A DNA stretch of 64,000 nucleotides, taken from NCBI GenBank assembly GCA_004431415.1, contig QPMI01000408.1, forward strand, positions 186,001 to 250,000, given 5' to 3'. A model generated the notes under the pieces. The model searched no databases and had not been told where the DNA came from. It saw only the letters and a program-made list of their open reading frames with translations. Below are positions 43,991 to 57,800 of the stretch, one piece after another (position 1 is the first letter of the stretch; each line of letters starts with the position of its first letter). Source of the DNA: Cyanophora paradoxa CCMP329. Taxonomy: Eukaryota > Plantae > Glaucophyta. Position numbers and translations under genes: made by a program.

Positions 43991-44673
43991 TCAGATCTGG
44001 CGCTTGAGGCCCCAGTTCTGAAGCTCGGAGTGGATGCGGTCATTGCTGTGCACGAGCGCGTTGAGCAAGCAGGACAGCGGAACGGCGGGTGCAATATGCA
44101 CTTGAACTCGTCGATGTCGACGCGATGCAACTCCTGATCCGCAGCATCGTAGAAGACGAAACGCTGCGGCAGCTCCGTCAGAAAGGGCCGAAAGCTGGGG
44201 AGAGGGCGCGCTCACCGGAGTGAGCCCGGGGATGTATTTCTGCGCGATGCATCGCGGGCGTCAGCATCGCCAACGAGCGGAATAAGAGTTGAGAGGAAAA
44301 GTTCCGCACCACCTCCAAGGCCGCGTACTGCCGGCTCTCGTCGTTAATGAAGCTCTTAACGATCGGGAGCCCTGCGAACGCGACGCGTAAGCGGCGGGCG
44401 ATGCAGGAACGACGAGTTCGTCAAGAGCTCCAGGGCACGGCGCACGGTTCAGTCTTCATCCGCTGCAGGTCTCCAAGACGGCGCGCTGAGGAATTCGAGT
44501 CAGCCAGGGACGATCAAGGGGAGTCGGAGAGAGTGAGCGGGGAACCAACGAACCACGGCCTTCGGCTTAGCGGCATCGATCGGAGACGAGAAAGGATCCT
44601 CATCGCTGAGCGCCAGGGCCCCGGCGGCCAGCCCCAAAAGGGCCAGCAGGCCGATGACCACGCGCGGCTTCAT
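43991..44673 (-). CDS. SELENOM: Selenoprotein M (Sep15/SelM family), 6 exons, Sec TGA at 44458-44456
   Basis: Spliced product: signal peptide MKPRVVIGLLALLGLAAGALA..RAVLETCSG(U)RLNRLPIVKSFINDESRQYAALEVKYIPGLTPRFVFYD..ELHRVDIDEFNNDRIHSELQNWGLKRQI, matching the SelM ETCGGUQLNRL pattern. Confidence 0.9.
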
Positions 44674-45170
44674 CAGCGAGTACCCAGCCGGAACTCGACC
44701 CCCCGGGCCTTGCGGCTCGAGCTAAGCGCGGCGGGCAGCCCTCGACGTCGACGCGCTGTGACAGCCCCCGCAAGTTGCTGCGCATGCGGCGTAGCAGCAG
44801 CGGAAGCGCTGCGACGTCGTAACGTGCGGCGGCTACGGAAGTCGGCGACTCTCTCCGCCAGGCGACCAGCAGCCGCGCGCATGCACGTCGGACGCAAGAT
44901 TCGTGCGACGAGACCCTGACAAAAATGCTGCGCCTCGCGCGGGCGGGTGCCGGGCCGCGGTGCGCTTTTCGCCGCCAACTGCAAGCTTGAGCAGCGCCGC
45001 GCGTCGCTGTGCAGCCGTCCTAAAGCGCTTTGACATGTGATTATGCAGATGAGAACGCCGCGGGAAGCGGATAGCATCGGGCGAGCTCGACAGGGCGAGC
45101 GTTCGAAAGCTTGATCTAGATCTCTTTGAACGATTCAAGGCTCGAGCTTGCGGCTGGGGTTCCAGGCTCG

Positions 45171-48100
45171 ATGTCGTCGCCAGGGATCCCGCTGCTGTAC
45201 ATCAAGTAAACACTCTACCGCACTCGCGCGCGCCTCGCGCCAAGCCGATCGCGCAGGTGCCCTCGCGTGGACACGGGCAGCAGCTGCGGCCACGCTGGGG
45301 CGTGGAGCGGGGAGGGCGACCCGCCGGAGGTGCTGGAAGACGGGGCGGGGCACGTGTGGGAGCGCGTGCCTCCGGAGGCGGACCGCTCGTCGCCCGGCTG
45401 CTTCGTCTTCGAGACGGCCGTGCGGAGGCAGCTGAAGCTCCTCTGCCCGCCGGCGCTGGAGGGCGAGGAGGTGGAGATCGCCGTGGCGCCCGCCTCCGCC
45501 GCCCGGGCCGGGCCGAAGCCGCTCCTCCGCTTCGTGCCGGACTCGCCCTACCGCGTGCGCCCGCTCTCCCGGCCCTCCCGGCCCGCTCCCGCCCCCGCAC
45601 GCAGGACTGAGGACGGGACGGCGACGCCCGAGCGCAGACGGAGCGGCACCAGGGTCTGCTGGAGGGCGCGGTCAAAGCCCGGGTGGGCGGCGGCGGCCTC
45701 CTCGAGGCACCCTTCGGGTTCATCTGCTGCAGCACCGGGCCCCGGCGGCGCCCGCGCGGGGCGGCCGCCGCGGAAGGGAAGCCCAAGGCGGGGGCCGGGG
45801 CCCGCCGCCCCAGCCAGGACCCGAGTTCGGACCCTGACGCGGGCGCGGAGGGGCCGCTGCAGCTGCTGCACGGGCCGAACGGCGGCTTCGAGATGCGCGT
45901 GAGCCGCGCGGACGGGGCGCCTGTCTACGGCCCCGCGCGGCTCGTCGTCGTCGTCCGCACGCTCCCGAGGAGCGCCCCGGGGCGGCGCCCGAGCCTCCAG
46001 CCCTCGAACTCGCCGCCCGGGCCCGCTCCAGCTGCGGCCGCCGAGGAGGGGAGCCCCCCCGCCGGAGCGCACCCGGAGCGGTCGTCGCCCCTCCCGCCGG
46101 AGCCGGAGCCGGAGCCGGAGCCAGAGCCGAAGACGAAGCAGAAGCGAGTGCGACCGTGCGAGAACGATTCCCCGGAGCAGGCGCCGACCGAGACTGATTC
46201 CGAGGCGAACGAGGAGGAGGAGGAAGAGGAGGAGGCGGGCGGGCTGTCGGACCCGTTCGCGCTGCTCTCGCTCGGCGCCGCCTCGTGCCCGCCGCAGCAT
46301 CCGTCGCGCTGGGTCGACGACTCGACGGTCGCCGCCATGGAGGCCATGTTCGCGGTGCGCGCCCCGCCCCGCCCCGCCCCGCCCCGCCCCGCCCCGCGCC
46401 TCGCCTCGCCTCGCCTCGCCTCGCCGCCAGTCTGAACCAGCCGCAGGCCGCCGAGGCCGCCTCGCGCCTGGCCGCCGAAAGGTCCCGCCCCTCCCCCCCG
46501 CCCCGCCCCGCCCCGGGTTCTCGAGCCGGCTGCGCAGGCGCGGACCGCTCTTCAAGCGGGCGGCGGCCCTCTTTTGCCGCATTGGGTCCGCCTGCGGCCT
46601 CTACCGCGGCCCCGCGGCCCCTCCGAAGTCGCCCTCGCCCGACCCGACCCCGACCCCCGGGTCGCCCTCGCCGGCGCCCTCGCCTCGACCCCCGAGCCCG
46701 GGCGGCTCGGCCTCGTCGTCGTCGGAGGCGGCGCTGCGGGCGGCGGCGGGGGCGAGCAACCCCGCGGAGCTCGTGTACCGCCTCGACGCCCTCTACGTCG
46801 AGGACCCCGCCTTCGACGCCCTCCCCCGCCCCCCGCGCCCGGTCGGTGCCGCCCCGCCCCACGCGCCCCGTCCTCCTCGTCGAGCGAGCCGCGGCCCGCA
46901 GCACGGGCGGCACGCCTTCGAGAGCGACGAGCAGCGCGCGGGCACCGAGGCCCGCATCCGCGAAGCGAGCCCGCTCCCGCCAGCTTGTCAACTTCGAAGT
47001 CTGAGGCGCGGCCGGGCCGCAGCTGTCGCAGCTTGTGTCGAGGGGCGACGAGGGCGCAGCCGGCGCCGCCCGCGAGCTGGCCTCCCTCCTGGGTCCGCCG
47101 CCCCGCCCCCCGGTCCTAAGCGCTGGCCGCCCACGGGCCCCGCAGCGACGGCGCCCGTGCTGGACTCGTGCTTTATCCTCACCGACGAGGGCCAAAAGGA
47201 GGCGAGCGCCCGCCCCGCCCACCGCCTCGTGCCCCTCGCCCCGCCGGGGCGAGCGGGCGCGCAGCTGCGGGGGGCGCTGCGGGCGGTGCGGGCGGCGACG
47301 CGCTCGATGGCCCTCGAGCGCACCGTCGTGCTCGCCCTCTTCGGGGCCGCCACCTCCAGGCGCGCCGCAGACTTCCCCCTCTTCGCACCTACCCGCCCCT
47401 AGCCCCCGCTTGCTTCTTCTGGCCCTGACGCCCTCGGCCCGCAGCGTGCGCGCCGCCGCCCGCCGCCCCATGTGCGCTCCGATCCGGCCCCCCCTCCCAC
47501 CCCGCCGCTGCGTTTGCCTCACAGCGCGCGCGCAGAGGGGAGCTGCGGGCGGCCTGCGAGCGCGGCTGGCGCCTCTCCTCCCTCGTCCACGACAACGTCG
47601 TGCGCCGCCCGCCCGCCCGCCCGGCGCTCTCGACGCCCGAGCCGAGCCGAGCGGCCCCGGCCTCGGCCTCCAGTTCGGGGTGGTGCAGGACCTGCTGGTC
47701 GTGCCGACGACCGCCTCGCTGAGGCTCGCGGCGGCGGCCCTCGAGGCGGCGCGGCCCCGCGAGGCCGAGGACCCGCGCCTCCTCGCCGAGGTGAGGTCCC
47801 CAGCCCTCGATCGATCCGCCAGCCGTCCAACTGACCTCCCCCAAGGCGTGCTACTGGGCGGGGCTGCGGAGCCTGCGGACGGGCACGCGGAGCGACGAGG
47901 CGGCGCAGGCGCACTTCTTCGCCGGCTGGTCCGTCCTCCGCGCCCACGGCCTCTACCCGAGCCGCGAGGAGGCGTGGATCGTCCGCGCCATCGCCGCCAC
48001 GTACCGTGCGCGCCTGCGCGCCGCCCCGAGTCCCTCCGCCCCTCTGTTCCGAGCCCTCTGCGGCATGCACACGGCAGGGCGATATGGGATGCTGGAGGAG

Positions 48101-49093
48101 GCGGGGGGGTACCTGGCCCAGATCTACTGGTTCACCGACACCCCCGAGGTGCCCGGAGGCCCGCCCGGACCCGCCTAGGCCCGGGCTCACGGGCGCGGGG
48201 CCCGGGCGCGGGCAGGACACGGTCCTCGAGTTCTGGGCCCGCACCACCCTCGGTGCGCTTTCTTTTTTTTGGACCGCAGCGTCGACGTCCGTCCGCGCCG
48301 CCCCCGCCGAGGGCCCCGCGGGGCAGCGCTGGCGAAGGCGAAGGCGGGGCAGGCGGTGCCGGACGAGGAGGTGGCGGCCGTCGCGGGCCTCCTCCACCGC
48401 TTCCCCCGCGACGCCGACGTCGGTGCGGCCGCGCCCGCGGCCGCGCTTCGAGTTTCGAGCTCGGTTCACGTGGGGCCGCCGCCGCGCAGAGGGCCTGCAA
48501 ATCCGCGTCGCCGTCTTCAGCGCCTTCATCCACCTCAAGCAGGGCGCGCGCGCCTCGGAGCAGTCGAATCTTCTTCGCGCGCCGGGCCGGGCCGCTTATG
48601 CAGCTCCCCGCAGGCTCATTCCTCAAGTCCATCGCCGCCTACCGGCAGCTCGTCGCGGAGTTCGCGTACCCCCACTCGCCCCACAGCGACTTCGTCACCT
48701 CGTTCATCGTCAACTTCTCTTCCGTCCCGCCGGCCTCGATGGCGCGGGGCCTGCGGGCCGCCTGCGCCCTGCACCGCTTCTTCGACTGGGGGCGCCGCAC
48801 AGTCCTCTCCGCGCACCTGCTGAACCTCCTCGGGCGGCTCCACCTCTGCTGCGGCGACTTTCACGCCGCCCGCGCCGCCTTCGAGGAGGCCCTCGAGGTG
48901 CGCGTTCGAGTACCCCGGGCCCGGCCCGGCCCGCTTGAGCTTCGGTACCCGTCCGACCCGTCCTGCCCAGGTGTACGAGAAGTTCCCCGACGTGTTCACG
49001 GCTGACCACCCCCGCGTCTGCTTCCTCCGCGACTGCATCGACGCCTGCTCAGAGGCGGGGGGCCCGGACCCCACCGCCAGCACTTTTCTATAG
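45171..49093 (+). CDS. Large multi-exon hypothetical protein with C-terminal TPR-like helices (may be more than one gene)
   Basis: Chain of exons bounded by GT..CAG; LLNLLGRLHLCCGDFHAARAAFEEALEV..DHPRV. Confidence 0.45.
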
Positions 49094-49750
49094 CTAGCTC
49101 GTCTCTGATTCTAAGTATACGTATAATCTCTTTCTTAATCTATAGTTCTACAGTAAGTATACTATGATGCTTCTTTCACTAGCTATATTCGTGAACTACT
49201 TGATACCGTAGTACGCTATTCTTATTTATCATGTCGCAGCGCTAGCGCTAGAGCTAGCTCCAAGATATGTTTAGCTATGTTTCTTCAGTAAGTTGACCTT
49301 CTTTCAATATTAATAGTTATATATCATAGTATATCACGAATACTTCAGCTACGTATCCTATCCATGTCGATCATGTCGCAGCTCCACTGGCCGGGCCACT
49401 GGGCCACAGACAGGCACGTGCACCCCGCACTACGGTACCATGCACAACCAAACAAGACGGTTCAGCAGGCGCCGGGCCTGGAGCTGGGCGGGGTCGCGAG
49501 CGTGCAGCCTGCCGCAGACGGCCCAGCAGCAGCCGGGCCGGCAGCATGCTCAGTGCTTGGCGCGGCGCAGCCCAAAAAAGCCCTCGAGCTCGAGCTCCAG
49601 CCTGCAGCTGGCCGTGGGCGGGGTCGCGAGCGTCCGAGAAGAATCTCCGTTGACAATCGATCACAACGAGACGGGGGCGGTAGGGAGAGGCGAAGGGCGG
49701 GGGCGCGGCGGGAAGGGGAGAGGTGGCGGGTGCGCCGCGGAGGGCGGGGA

Positions 49751-50840
49751 TCAAGACTGCGGGGCACCTGCGGAACAGGAGGTGAGAAACAGAGCAGAAC
49801 AAGGGGCGATCATGCGCAGGGGTACATCGCTGACCGTCCGGTGCGTTGCCGTCGCCGCTCGCGTCTCCGGGCGGCGGGGGCCCACCCTGCGGGGGGCCAC
49901 CCTGCGGGGGACCGCCCTGCGGGGGGCCGCCTTGCGGGGGGCCGCCCTGCGGGGGGGCTCCGGGGAATCCGGGCGGTGCCATGCCGGGCGGGGCCATGCC
50001 GGGCGGGGGGAAGGGCATGCCTGGAGCTGGGGTCAGCCGGCCCCGCGCGAGGTGCGAGCGAGCAGGCGCGCTACTCTCCGACGCACCAGGCGGGGGGAAG
50101 GGGAAGCCCGGCGGGGGCGGCATGCCCGGCGGGAACATGCCGGGGGGCGGAGGGGGCATTCCCGGCGGCATTCCCGGCATACCCGGCGGCATGCCCGGCG
50201 GCCCAAATGGAGGCATGCCTGCGGGCGGGCGGAGCGATGCTAAGAAGCATCTTTGCGAAGCTTACGAATGAACGAACCCGGCGGCGGGAACGCGCCAGGG
50301 AAACCGCCCGGAAACATGCCAGCTGCAGAATGGGCGTCGTCAAGGCGGCGATCGGACGCGGCGGCGCGGGCGTAACGCACGCGGAGCGACGGGAATGACG
50401 GCGCCGGCCTGCACGGCCGCTGCGAGAGAGGGGGCGCTCAGCGAGACGCGAACGGCGAGGTCGGGACGCGCGGACCCATCTTCATCTCGAACTCCTTGAG
50501 TTTCTGGTCGATCATCTCCTGTGTCTTCTGGTGCTCAAACTGCTCGTAGTATGCCTTCACGTTGAGCCTGTGCTTCATGCCCATGTTGTGCTGCCTCCGC
50601 ACGGCGTACTGTCGGGCGGGCCGGAGGATCAGCAGATGCGACTCGCTCGCACGCTAGGCGTGCCCCAGCAGCGAGCAATCGCTTCTTCCGCCCTCGATGG
50701 AGCACGGGGGCCCTCGAGAAAGGCAACGCACCGAATCGTGCGTGAGGAAGACATCACAGTAATCGCAATAGTACCTGCGCACGCAATCGGTTCGATCGAA
50801 TGGCCTGAAACGCCCCCGGTCGGGTGGCGCACTTCGGCAT
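49751..50840 (-). CDS. SNRPC: U1 snRNP protein C
   Basis: MPKYYCDYCDVFLTHDS..VRRQHNMGMKHRLNVKAYY..TQEMIDQ, then a PPGM-rich tail. Confidence 0.93.
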
Positions 50841-51016
50841 CTTTGCTCGCGGTCGCCCCGCTCCACCGCGGCGGCTCGCTCGCTATTACTCAGGCGGGGC
50901 CTGACGGTCGGGGCTCGCTGTCGGAGCGGGTTCGGCTTCTCGGTGGTGGCGTCCAGGGTACAGGCACACGGATCCTTGAACGGTAGCCGACTTGTGATCG
51001 AGAAGCTGTGACCGGC

Positions 51017-54000
51017 ATGGAGGAATCCCGCGTCCAGCTGCTCAGCAGCGCTGACGGATGCATCGAGTTGAATCCGGAGGCGCTGGATCTCTTGAGCTCC
51101 GTCGAGGGCCCCGTCGCGGTGGTGCCTCCGTATGACGTTCGCGCCCTTATGGCTTGAGCCGCTCACGAGCCGGGCGTGCAGGTCGCTATTAGCGGCGTCT
51201 ACCGTAGCGGCAAGTCGGCGCTTCTCAACGAGGTCTTCTCATCGGAGGGCAAGCCCATATTCGATGTCGGGTAGGCCACGGGCCGGCTGACTGCCTCGCT
51301 GCCGCTCTGTAGCGCTTCCTTACGATCTTCTGATGCCACAGAACCACCGTGGGGCCCACCACTGATGGTGCGTTGGGCGTTACCTTAACGCGCGCGAAGC
51401 TTAGCTGATGTGACAACGGCCAGGCATCTGGATGTGGGCCTCGCCGTTTAACGTGACGCTGGAGAAGGGCCAGAAGGCTCGGGTTTTCATCCTCGACTGC
51501 GAGGGGCTGGGCTCCTTCCGCCGCGACCAGAGCGACGACGCGCAGGTGCACCCGCAACCTCCGGCAGACTCAACGGGCCGCGCCGACGCGGGGCCGCGAT
51601 CTCGCAGATGTTTATGCTGGCCCTGATCTCGTCGAGCTACTTCATGTACAACTCCATCGGGAAGCTCGGCGAAGCGGCCCTCGCGCAGCTCTCGTGCGCC
51701 TGCCGCGCCTCGCTTCCTTTCCCTGCGTCACGCCGCCGCTCCAGGATGCTCTTGAACCTTCAGGAGCACGTCGAAGTGCCCGCAAAAGAGAACCGCGCCG
51801 TCCCGCCGGCGACGGGCTCGGAGCGCAGCCTCCGGGGCCTTGACGTCGAGCCCTACGAGGCGACCTCCTCTTTCATGCCCCTGCTGAACTGGATTCTCCG
51901 GGACTTCACCGTACCCTCGGAGTTAGGGGACCCCGCCGACTACCTCGCCCGTGCGCCGCCGCCCCGGCCCCGGCCGGAGGAGCGCTCACCTTAGCGGGAC
52001 AGACGCGCTGGAGCCCCTTCAGGAGACCAGCGAGAAGATCAAGCGGAGCAACCGCCTGCGCCGCGTCGTCTGCACCCTCTTCCCCGTGCGCCTTGGCCCG
52101 CCGCCCCTGCCCGCCCCGCTCACGCCTCCGGCCCCTCCAGGAGCGCGACTGCTTCGCCTTCCCCAACATCAACGGTGCGGGTCGCGCCCGCGGCCCGGGC
52201 GGCTCCCCTTCTTACGGGCGGGCGGGGGCGGGCGGGCAGTGCGGGGGGAGTTCCAGCAGAAGGCGCGCGTCCTGCGGGACCGAGTCCTGGCGGACCTGCG
52301 CCCCAAGTCCATCGACGGCAAGCTCCTCACCGGCCGCCGTGCGCCCCGCCCCGCCCGCGAGCCATCCCTTTCCTTCCCTCTCCGCGCGGCGCCGACGCGG
52401 CGGCAGTGCTCGCCTCGCTGCTCTCGAAGCTGGTGGAGAGCATCGCGCAGGGGGGCCAGATGAACCCCTTCCAGAGCTGGGAGGAGCTCACGGGGGCGAT
52501 CCCGGCCGAGGACGTCGGCTCGGCTCTCGAGGCGGCCGTCGCGGGGGCGCTGGAGGTCTACCGGCAGCGCGTCGGCGAGTGCATGCTGGCCCGGCTCCCC
52601 ATGGACGAGCCCGAGTTCGAGGCGACGCACCGCGGCGCCCGCGCCGCCGCCCTCGAGCGCCTCGCCGCCGCCGCCGCCTGCCCCGAGACGGGCGCCCTCC
52701 CCTCGGGCGCCCTCGCCGCCTTCAAGGCTGGCGTGCGCGACCAGAAGCGGCGGGCGGCCGAGGCGAACGCGGAGGCGAGCGCGGCGGCGTGCCGCGAGCT
52801 GCTTGCGCGCCTCCAGGAGGCCGCCCAGTGCTCCACGCCCCGCGCCTCCTGCTCCGACGAGGCCGAGCCGTCCTCCTCGGGCGCCCCGGCGGCCGCCGGG
52901 GCGGCGCCGACGGCGTCGCCCGGCTCGTCGTCGGGCTCGGCGCGGCAGGCCCGCACGACGCGCAAGCAGGGGAACAGCAAGGCGACGGCGGCGAACAGCT
53001 CAGCCCTCGCCAACGGCGCGCAGCCGCCGCCGACCCCGGCGCCGGCGCCGGCGGCGCAGGCGGCGAGCCCGTCGGCGGCGGCGGGGAGCGGGAGCGGGCG
53101 CGGGAGGACGCGATCATCGCCAAGTACCTGTCGCTGGCGCGCGGCCCCGCCAAGATCTCGGTCCTGCAGGACTACACGGCGGGCGCCGCCAAGGGCGCCG
53201 CCGCCGCCGCGAGCCTCGCCGCCGCGACGCCGGCCATCGAGCGGGCCGCCTCTGCGGCGGCGGCGGCGGCTGCGAACGCGCGGCCGCCGGCCTCTACAGC
53301 CCCGACGGATCCGTCGCCAACACGCCGCAGACGCCCCGCGCGGCGCAGCTGCCGACGCCGCGGGCGGCCGCCGGCCAGCCGACGCCCCGCGCGGCGGCCA
53401 GCCGACGCCGCGGGCCCCTCGGCGACGTCGACCCGCGGCTCCCGTCGGCCGGCAGCACGCCCCGCGCCGGCGCCCCGCAGGCCGCCGGCGCCGGCGCCTT
53501 CCCCGCGAACACCGTCGCCCCGACGCCCGTCAAGGCCCTCACGGCGGGGCCCCTCGCCCGCCCCGCCCTCTCCCCGCGCGCCGGCCCCGGCGCCGGCCCC
53601 GGCGCGAAGCCCAAGACCTCCCCGCACCCCTCCCCGCTCCTCGCCCCGCAGCCGGCCGCCCAGAACCCCTCCCCGCGGACGGGCCCCGCCCCCTCGCCCC
53701 GCCTCGCTGGGGCCGCGGGGCCGTACCCCGGCGGCACCACTGCCATCTCGCGCCCCCTGCACGCCACGCGAGACTTCTCCGTTCAGGTCCGCCCCTTCCG
53801 CCCGCCCCGCCCCTTCCGCCCGCCCCGCTGACCCCGCGCCAGACGCCGCGCAACGGGGCACAGTCCGAGATGCACTCGGACACCGCGTCCCCGGGCGCCA
53901 TCTCCCGCTCGGACATGTGCATGCAGACCCCGCGGGACGACGAGAGCGAGGGGCCGCGGACGGTGCGCGCCGCCGTCCCTGCGCCGGGCGGGGCACGGGG

Positions 54001-54278
54001 CGCGGGGCCGGGGGCTCACGGGGCGGGGCGGGCGGCAGGAGCGGGAGCTGGAGCGGCTGCGGGAGGAGCTGAAGAGCATGCAGGGGCAGGTCGCGACGCT
54101 CCGGCTCCAGCTCGACCAGGCCCGCGCCACGGCCTCTTCCCGCAGCAGCCTCCCCCCGGGCTCCCCCACGGGCTGGTTCGCCCGCGTCTGCGGCCTCTCG
54201 GACTCCTCGGCCGGCGGGCGCCTCCGCTGCAGCATGCCCAGCCAGTCCATGTTCGGCTGCCTCATGTTCTCCCGCTAG
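51017..54278 (+). CDS. Guanylate-binding protein (GBP/atlastin) family GTPase
   Basis: LNPEALDLLSSVEGPVAVVAISGVYRSGKSALLN, TDGIWMW, ILDCEGLGS, LISSYFMYNS, WILRDF and RPKSIDGKLLTG. Confidence 0.88.
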
Positions 54279-54829
54279 CTAGGCTTTCCGTTTCGCTTCT
54301 GGTTTCAGATTCCTTTGGCGGCCGTGCGGCCGCCCTCGTCTCAGATCCGTCTCCGATCCCGTTTTTTTTGGATTCACCGAGTCGCTCTGGTATACGTAGG
54401 GCCCTGGCGGCGGTTCTTCGCCGCCCCAGGGCCCGGACTTCGAATTCGAATTTGCGTCTGGATGCTTGTTTGCCGAATTTTCGATCGGATTGCGTGCACA
54501 TTTTCTGTAGCTACGGTGTGGTAGATTAAGCGTCGATAATGACTCGACATCGCATCGAGCCCGGGCGCATGGCGCTGGCGGGCGTAGCGAGGTTTTCCTC
54601 CAGGGGCGGAAGGCCGTCTCTGAGTCTGCAGCCGCAGCTGCAAGAAATCAAAGCCCCAGAAACGGGGCTTAGGGGTACAGCGGCGCGGTAACTTCTCCAG
54701 CGCATTGCATGCAGCAAGCTTGAGTTTGAGGCGCGGCGTACGCACTCACATCGCACAGCTCCAGCAGGCGCTTGGCACGAAGCGTTCTTCCAGCGAGTCC
54801 GAGTTGCCAGCGAGAGAAGCGCGGGCGCG

Positions 54830-57800
54830 ATGGCGGAGCTGCCGGCTGCGCCAGTCGCGGAACAACCCGAGCAGCCTCCTGCAGACAGCCAGCCAGCAGG
54901 AACCCCAGCAAAGCCGGCCGCGCGTCGAAAGCGCCGACTCACGTACCTGCTGCGCATTCCATCACAGAACCACGTCGGAGGCGTCAATGCGCTCGCCCTG
55001 AGCACGCTCGGAGGGTCCCGTCCCCGCCTCGTTAGCGCTGGCAGAGACGCGTCGATCCGCATATGGGACGCCAACACGGTGCGCCAGGGCGCCCGATCGT
55101 GCTCGCCCGCACCTCGATCGTGCCAGGCGCGAGCTCCGATACCGCGCTCTAATGCCGCCCGCGCTCGGCCGCAGGCCGCGCCTCTGTGCGCGCTCGAGGT
55201 GCGGGCGATTCACATCCCCCATAGCGGGGGCGGCGCGGGTCCGCTGAGACTGCCGCGCAGGACCACACGGACTGGGTGAACGACATCGCGGTCTCGTCGG
55301 ACGGGCGCACCCTCGTCTCCGTGAGCAACGACACCTCGATCAAGGTCTGGCGCGCGCCGGGGACCGACCGCGACGACCCGGCCTCCCTGCAATGCGCGAG
55401 GACGGTGCTCAAGCACAGCGACTACGTCAAGAGCGTCGCGCACGCGGGCGGCGCCTTCGCGACGGGCGCCTGCGGGGAGAACAACGTCGTGTGCACGTGG
55501 TGGGACCTCGAGACCGGCGTCGACGTCGCCTCCTCCTCCTTCGGCCTGCGCCGTGCGCACGCGCACGCGCACGCGCACTGCCGCGCGCACCTCTCGGCAT
55601 TGAGCGGCCGCGGCGTGCGCAGAGGCCGCTGGGGCGCCGAGCACGCCGCTGCGGGCCGGGGCGAGGTCCGGGAACTGGACGGTGGCCGGCGGGCGGGCGT
55701 CCTGCGTCGAGTGCGCACCGCACAAGCGCTCCGTCCTCGCCGTGGCGCTCTGCCCCCGGGGGCACCTCCTCGCGACCGGCTCGGCCGACTCGGTGCGTCC
55801 TCTGCCCTCCCTCCACTTCGCCGCCGCGCCCCTCACCGCTTCCTCCCCGCCAGGCTGTGCGGCTGTGGGACCCGCGCACGGGCGCGAAGCAGGCGAAGCT
55901 GAAGGGGCACGCGGACGCCGTCCGCTGCCTCCTCATGAGCGCCGACGGCTCCACGGTGCCCGCCCCGCCCCGCCCCGCCCGACGCCATCCTCGCCTGGGG
56001 CCTCTGCTAAGCTGGCGCCAGGTTGTGTCGGGGAGCGCCGACGGGACGTTCCGCGTGTGGGACGTCGGCCAGCAGCGCGCCGTCGCCGCCTACGGCCCCC
56101 ACTCCGACTCCGTCTGGTGCCGTACCCCGCCCCCTCTCCCCCTCCGTTCCTCTACCCCCCCTAACAGCGGGCGTTTCCTGCAGGGCCCTCGCGAGCCTCG
56201 ACCCGAACCTGAGGAGCGCCGTAGTCTCCGGTTCCCGCGACGGGTACGGCCGCTCCCCTGCTTCCTCCCCTGTACCCCGCACCGGTTCCGACGGGGAGGG
56301 GGGTACGGCAGCACGGCGTACGCGACGGACCTGCGGGCGGGTAGTAGTACCCTCCTCTTCCGGGAGCCATCGCCCATTCAAAGGGTGCGCCTCGGCCAGC
56401 CGCCGGGCCCACCGATGAACCAATCCGATACCCCGCTCAGATCTGCCTCCCCGAGGGCGGCGGAGCCGCCTGGACCTGTACCCAGGACCCCGTAATCCAC
56501 CTCTGGGTGAGCTGTACCCCCGCCCGTCTCTGAATCTCCCTCCTCTCAGTCGCGAGGCAGGATCTGCCCGAGCTGGTGGCGACGCGCCGCCGCGCCTCCT
56601 CCTCCGCCTCCGCCGCCTCCTCCGCCCGCCGCCTCGCGCCCCCGCCGTCGCCCTCCCTTAGCGCGTACCCCCCGCTGGACGAGGAGAGCGCCGCCTCGAC
56701 GTCGGCGCCGCTGCGGAGCGGCCCGGCGCGGACCATCCGGGGCCACGCGCCCGTCGTCCGCACCGGCGTCCTCAACGACAAGCGGCGCCTGCTCGCCTCC
56801 GACGCCGCCGGCGGCCTCACCCTGTGGGACGCCACCCGCGCCTCCGTCCTCGCCGACCTCGGTCCCGTACCCCTCGACGACAAGGTCCGGTACCCCCCGG
56901 GCCTCCCCCCTGGCACCCCACCCCACGCCCCCGCAGCTCCGGCAGCTGCAGGAGACGATCTCTGTACCCTCCTGGTTCACCCTCGACACCCGCCTCGGCG
57001 TGCGCCATCTGAGAGGCTACCCCCCTCCCGCTCGCCACCAGCGCACCCCCCGAAGCGTTCGGCGCAGTCGGTGGGGGTACACCTGGAGGCGCCGCTGCTC
57101 TCCGCGGCCGACGCCTACGCTGCCGACGCCGGCATCGACGACGCGCCCCCCGACGCCAAGAGTGCGCATCCACCCCTCCTCTCTCGTCTTCCCGTATCCA
57201 GCCTCACGTGTACTCCGCCCCCCACCCACCCCAGTGAACATCGGGGAGCACGTGGCGCGGAGCCTGCTCGCCTCGTGGGCCGCGCGCCGGCGGGAGCCGC
57301 CCCCCCCGGACCCCGAGCTGCTCCCCGACGCCTCACGCACGCCCCCGTACCCCCCCTCTGGGACGCCTGCACCTCCTGACGCCCGCGCAGCCCCCCGGAC
57401 GGGGTCCCTCGGGGTCTCCCTGCCCGAGAGCGCCAGCCCGAAAGAGTATCCCCCCTCTCCACCCCCCGCCCCGCTCTCCCCTCACCCCTTCTCTGACTCG
57501 GTCTCAGCGATTCCCCTCTGACATCGTCCCCCGCCCCGGCCCGCCGCCCCGCCTCCCCGCCTCCCGAAGCCCCCGCCCCCTCCGACGACTCCGTGCGGCG
57601 TCCCATACCCCCTTCCGCCTTTGCGTCGTCTGACGCCCCGCAGGCCGCCCCGCCGCCACTCTCACTGTACCCCATCCCGCCCCACACGCCCGTCTTCGTC
57701 ACGGAGGCGCGCAGCGAACCCCCATCTGCTTCCTCGACCCCCTGATCTCATATCCTCCCGCGCCGCAGGGCCCCGAGCAAGCACCGCTGGTGCGGAGAGC

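Noticed and set aside
44456-44458. Nonsense mutation / pseudogene
   Set aside because: The TGA falls exactly at the CxxU position of SelM, downstream exons are conserved, and a SECIS-like hairpin follows.
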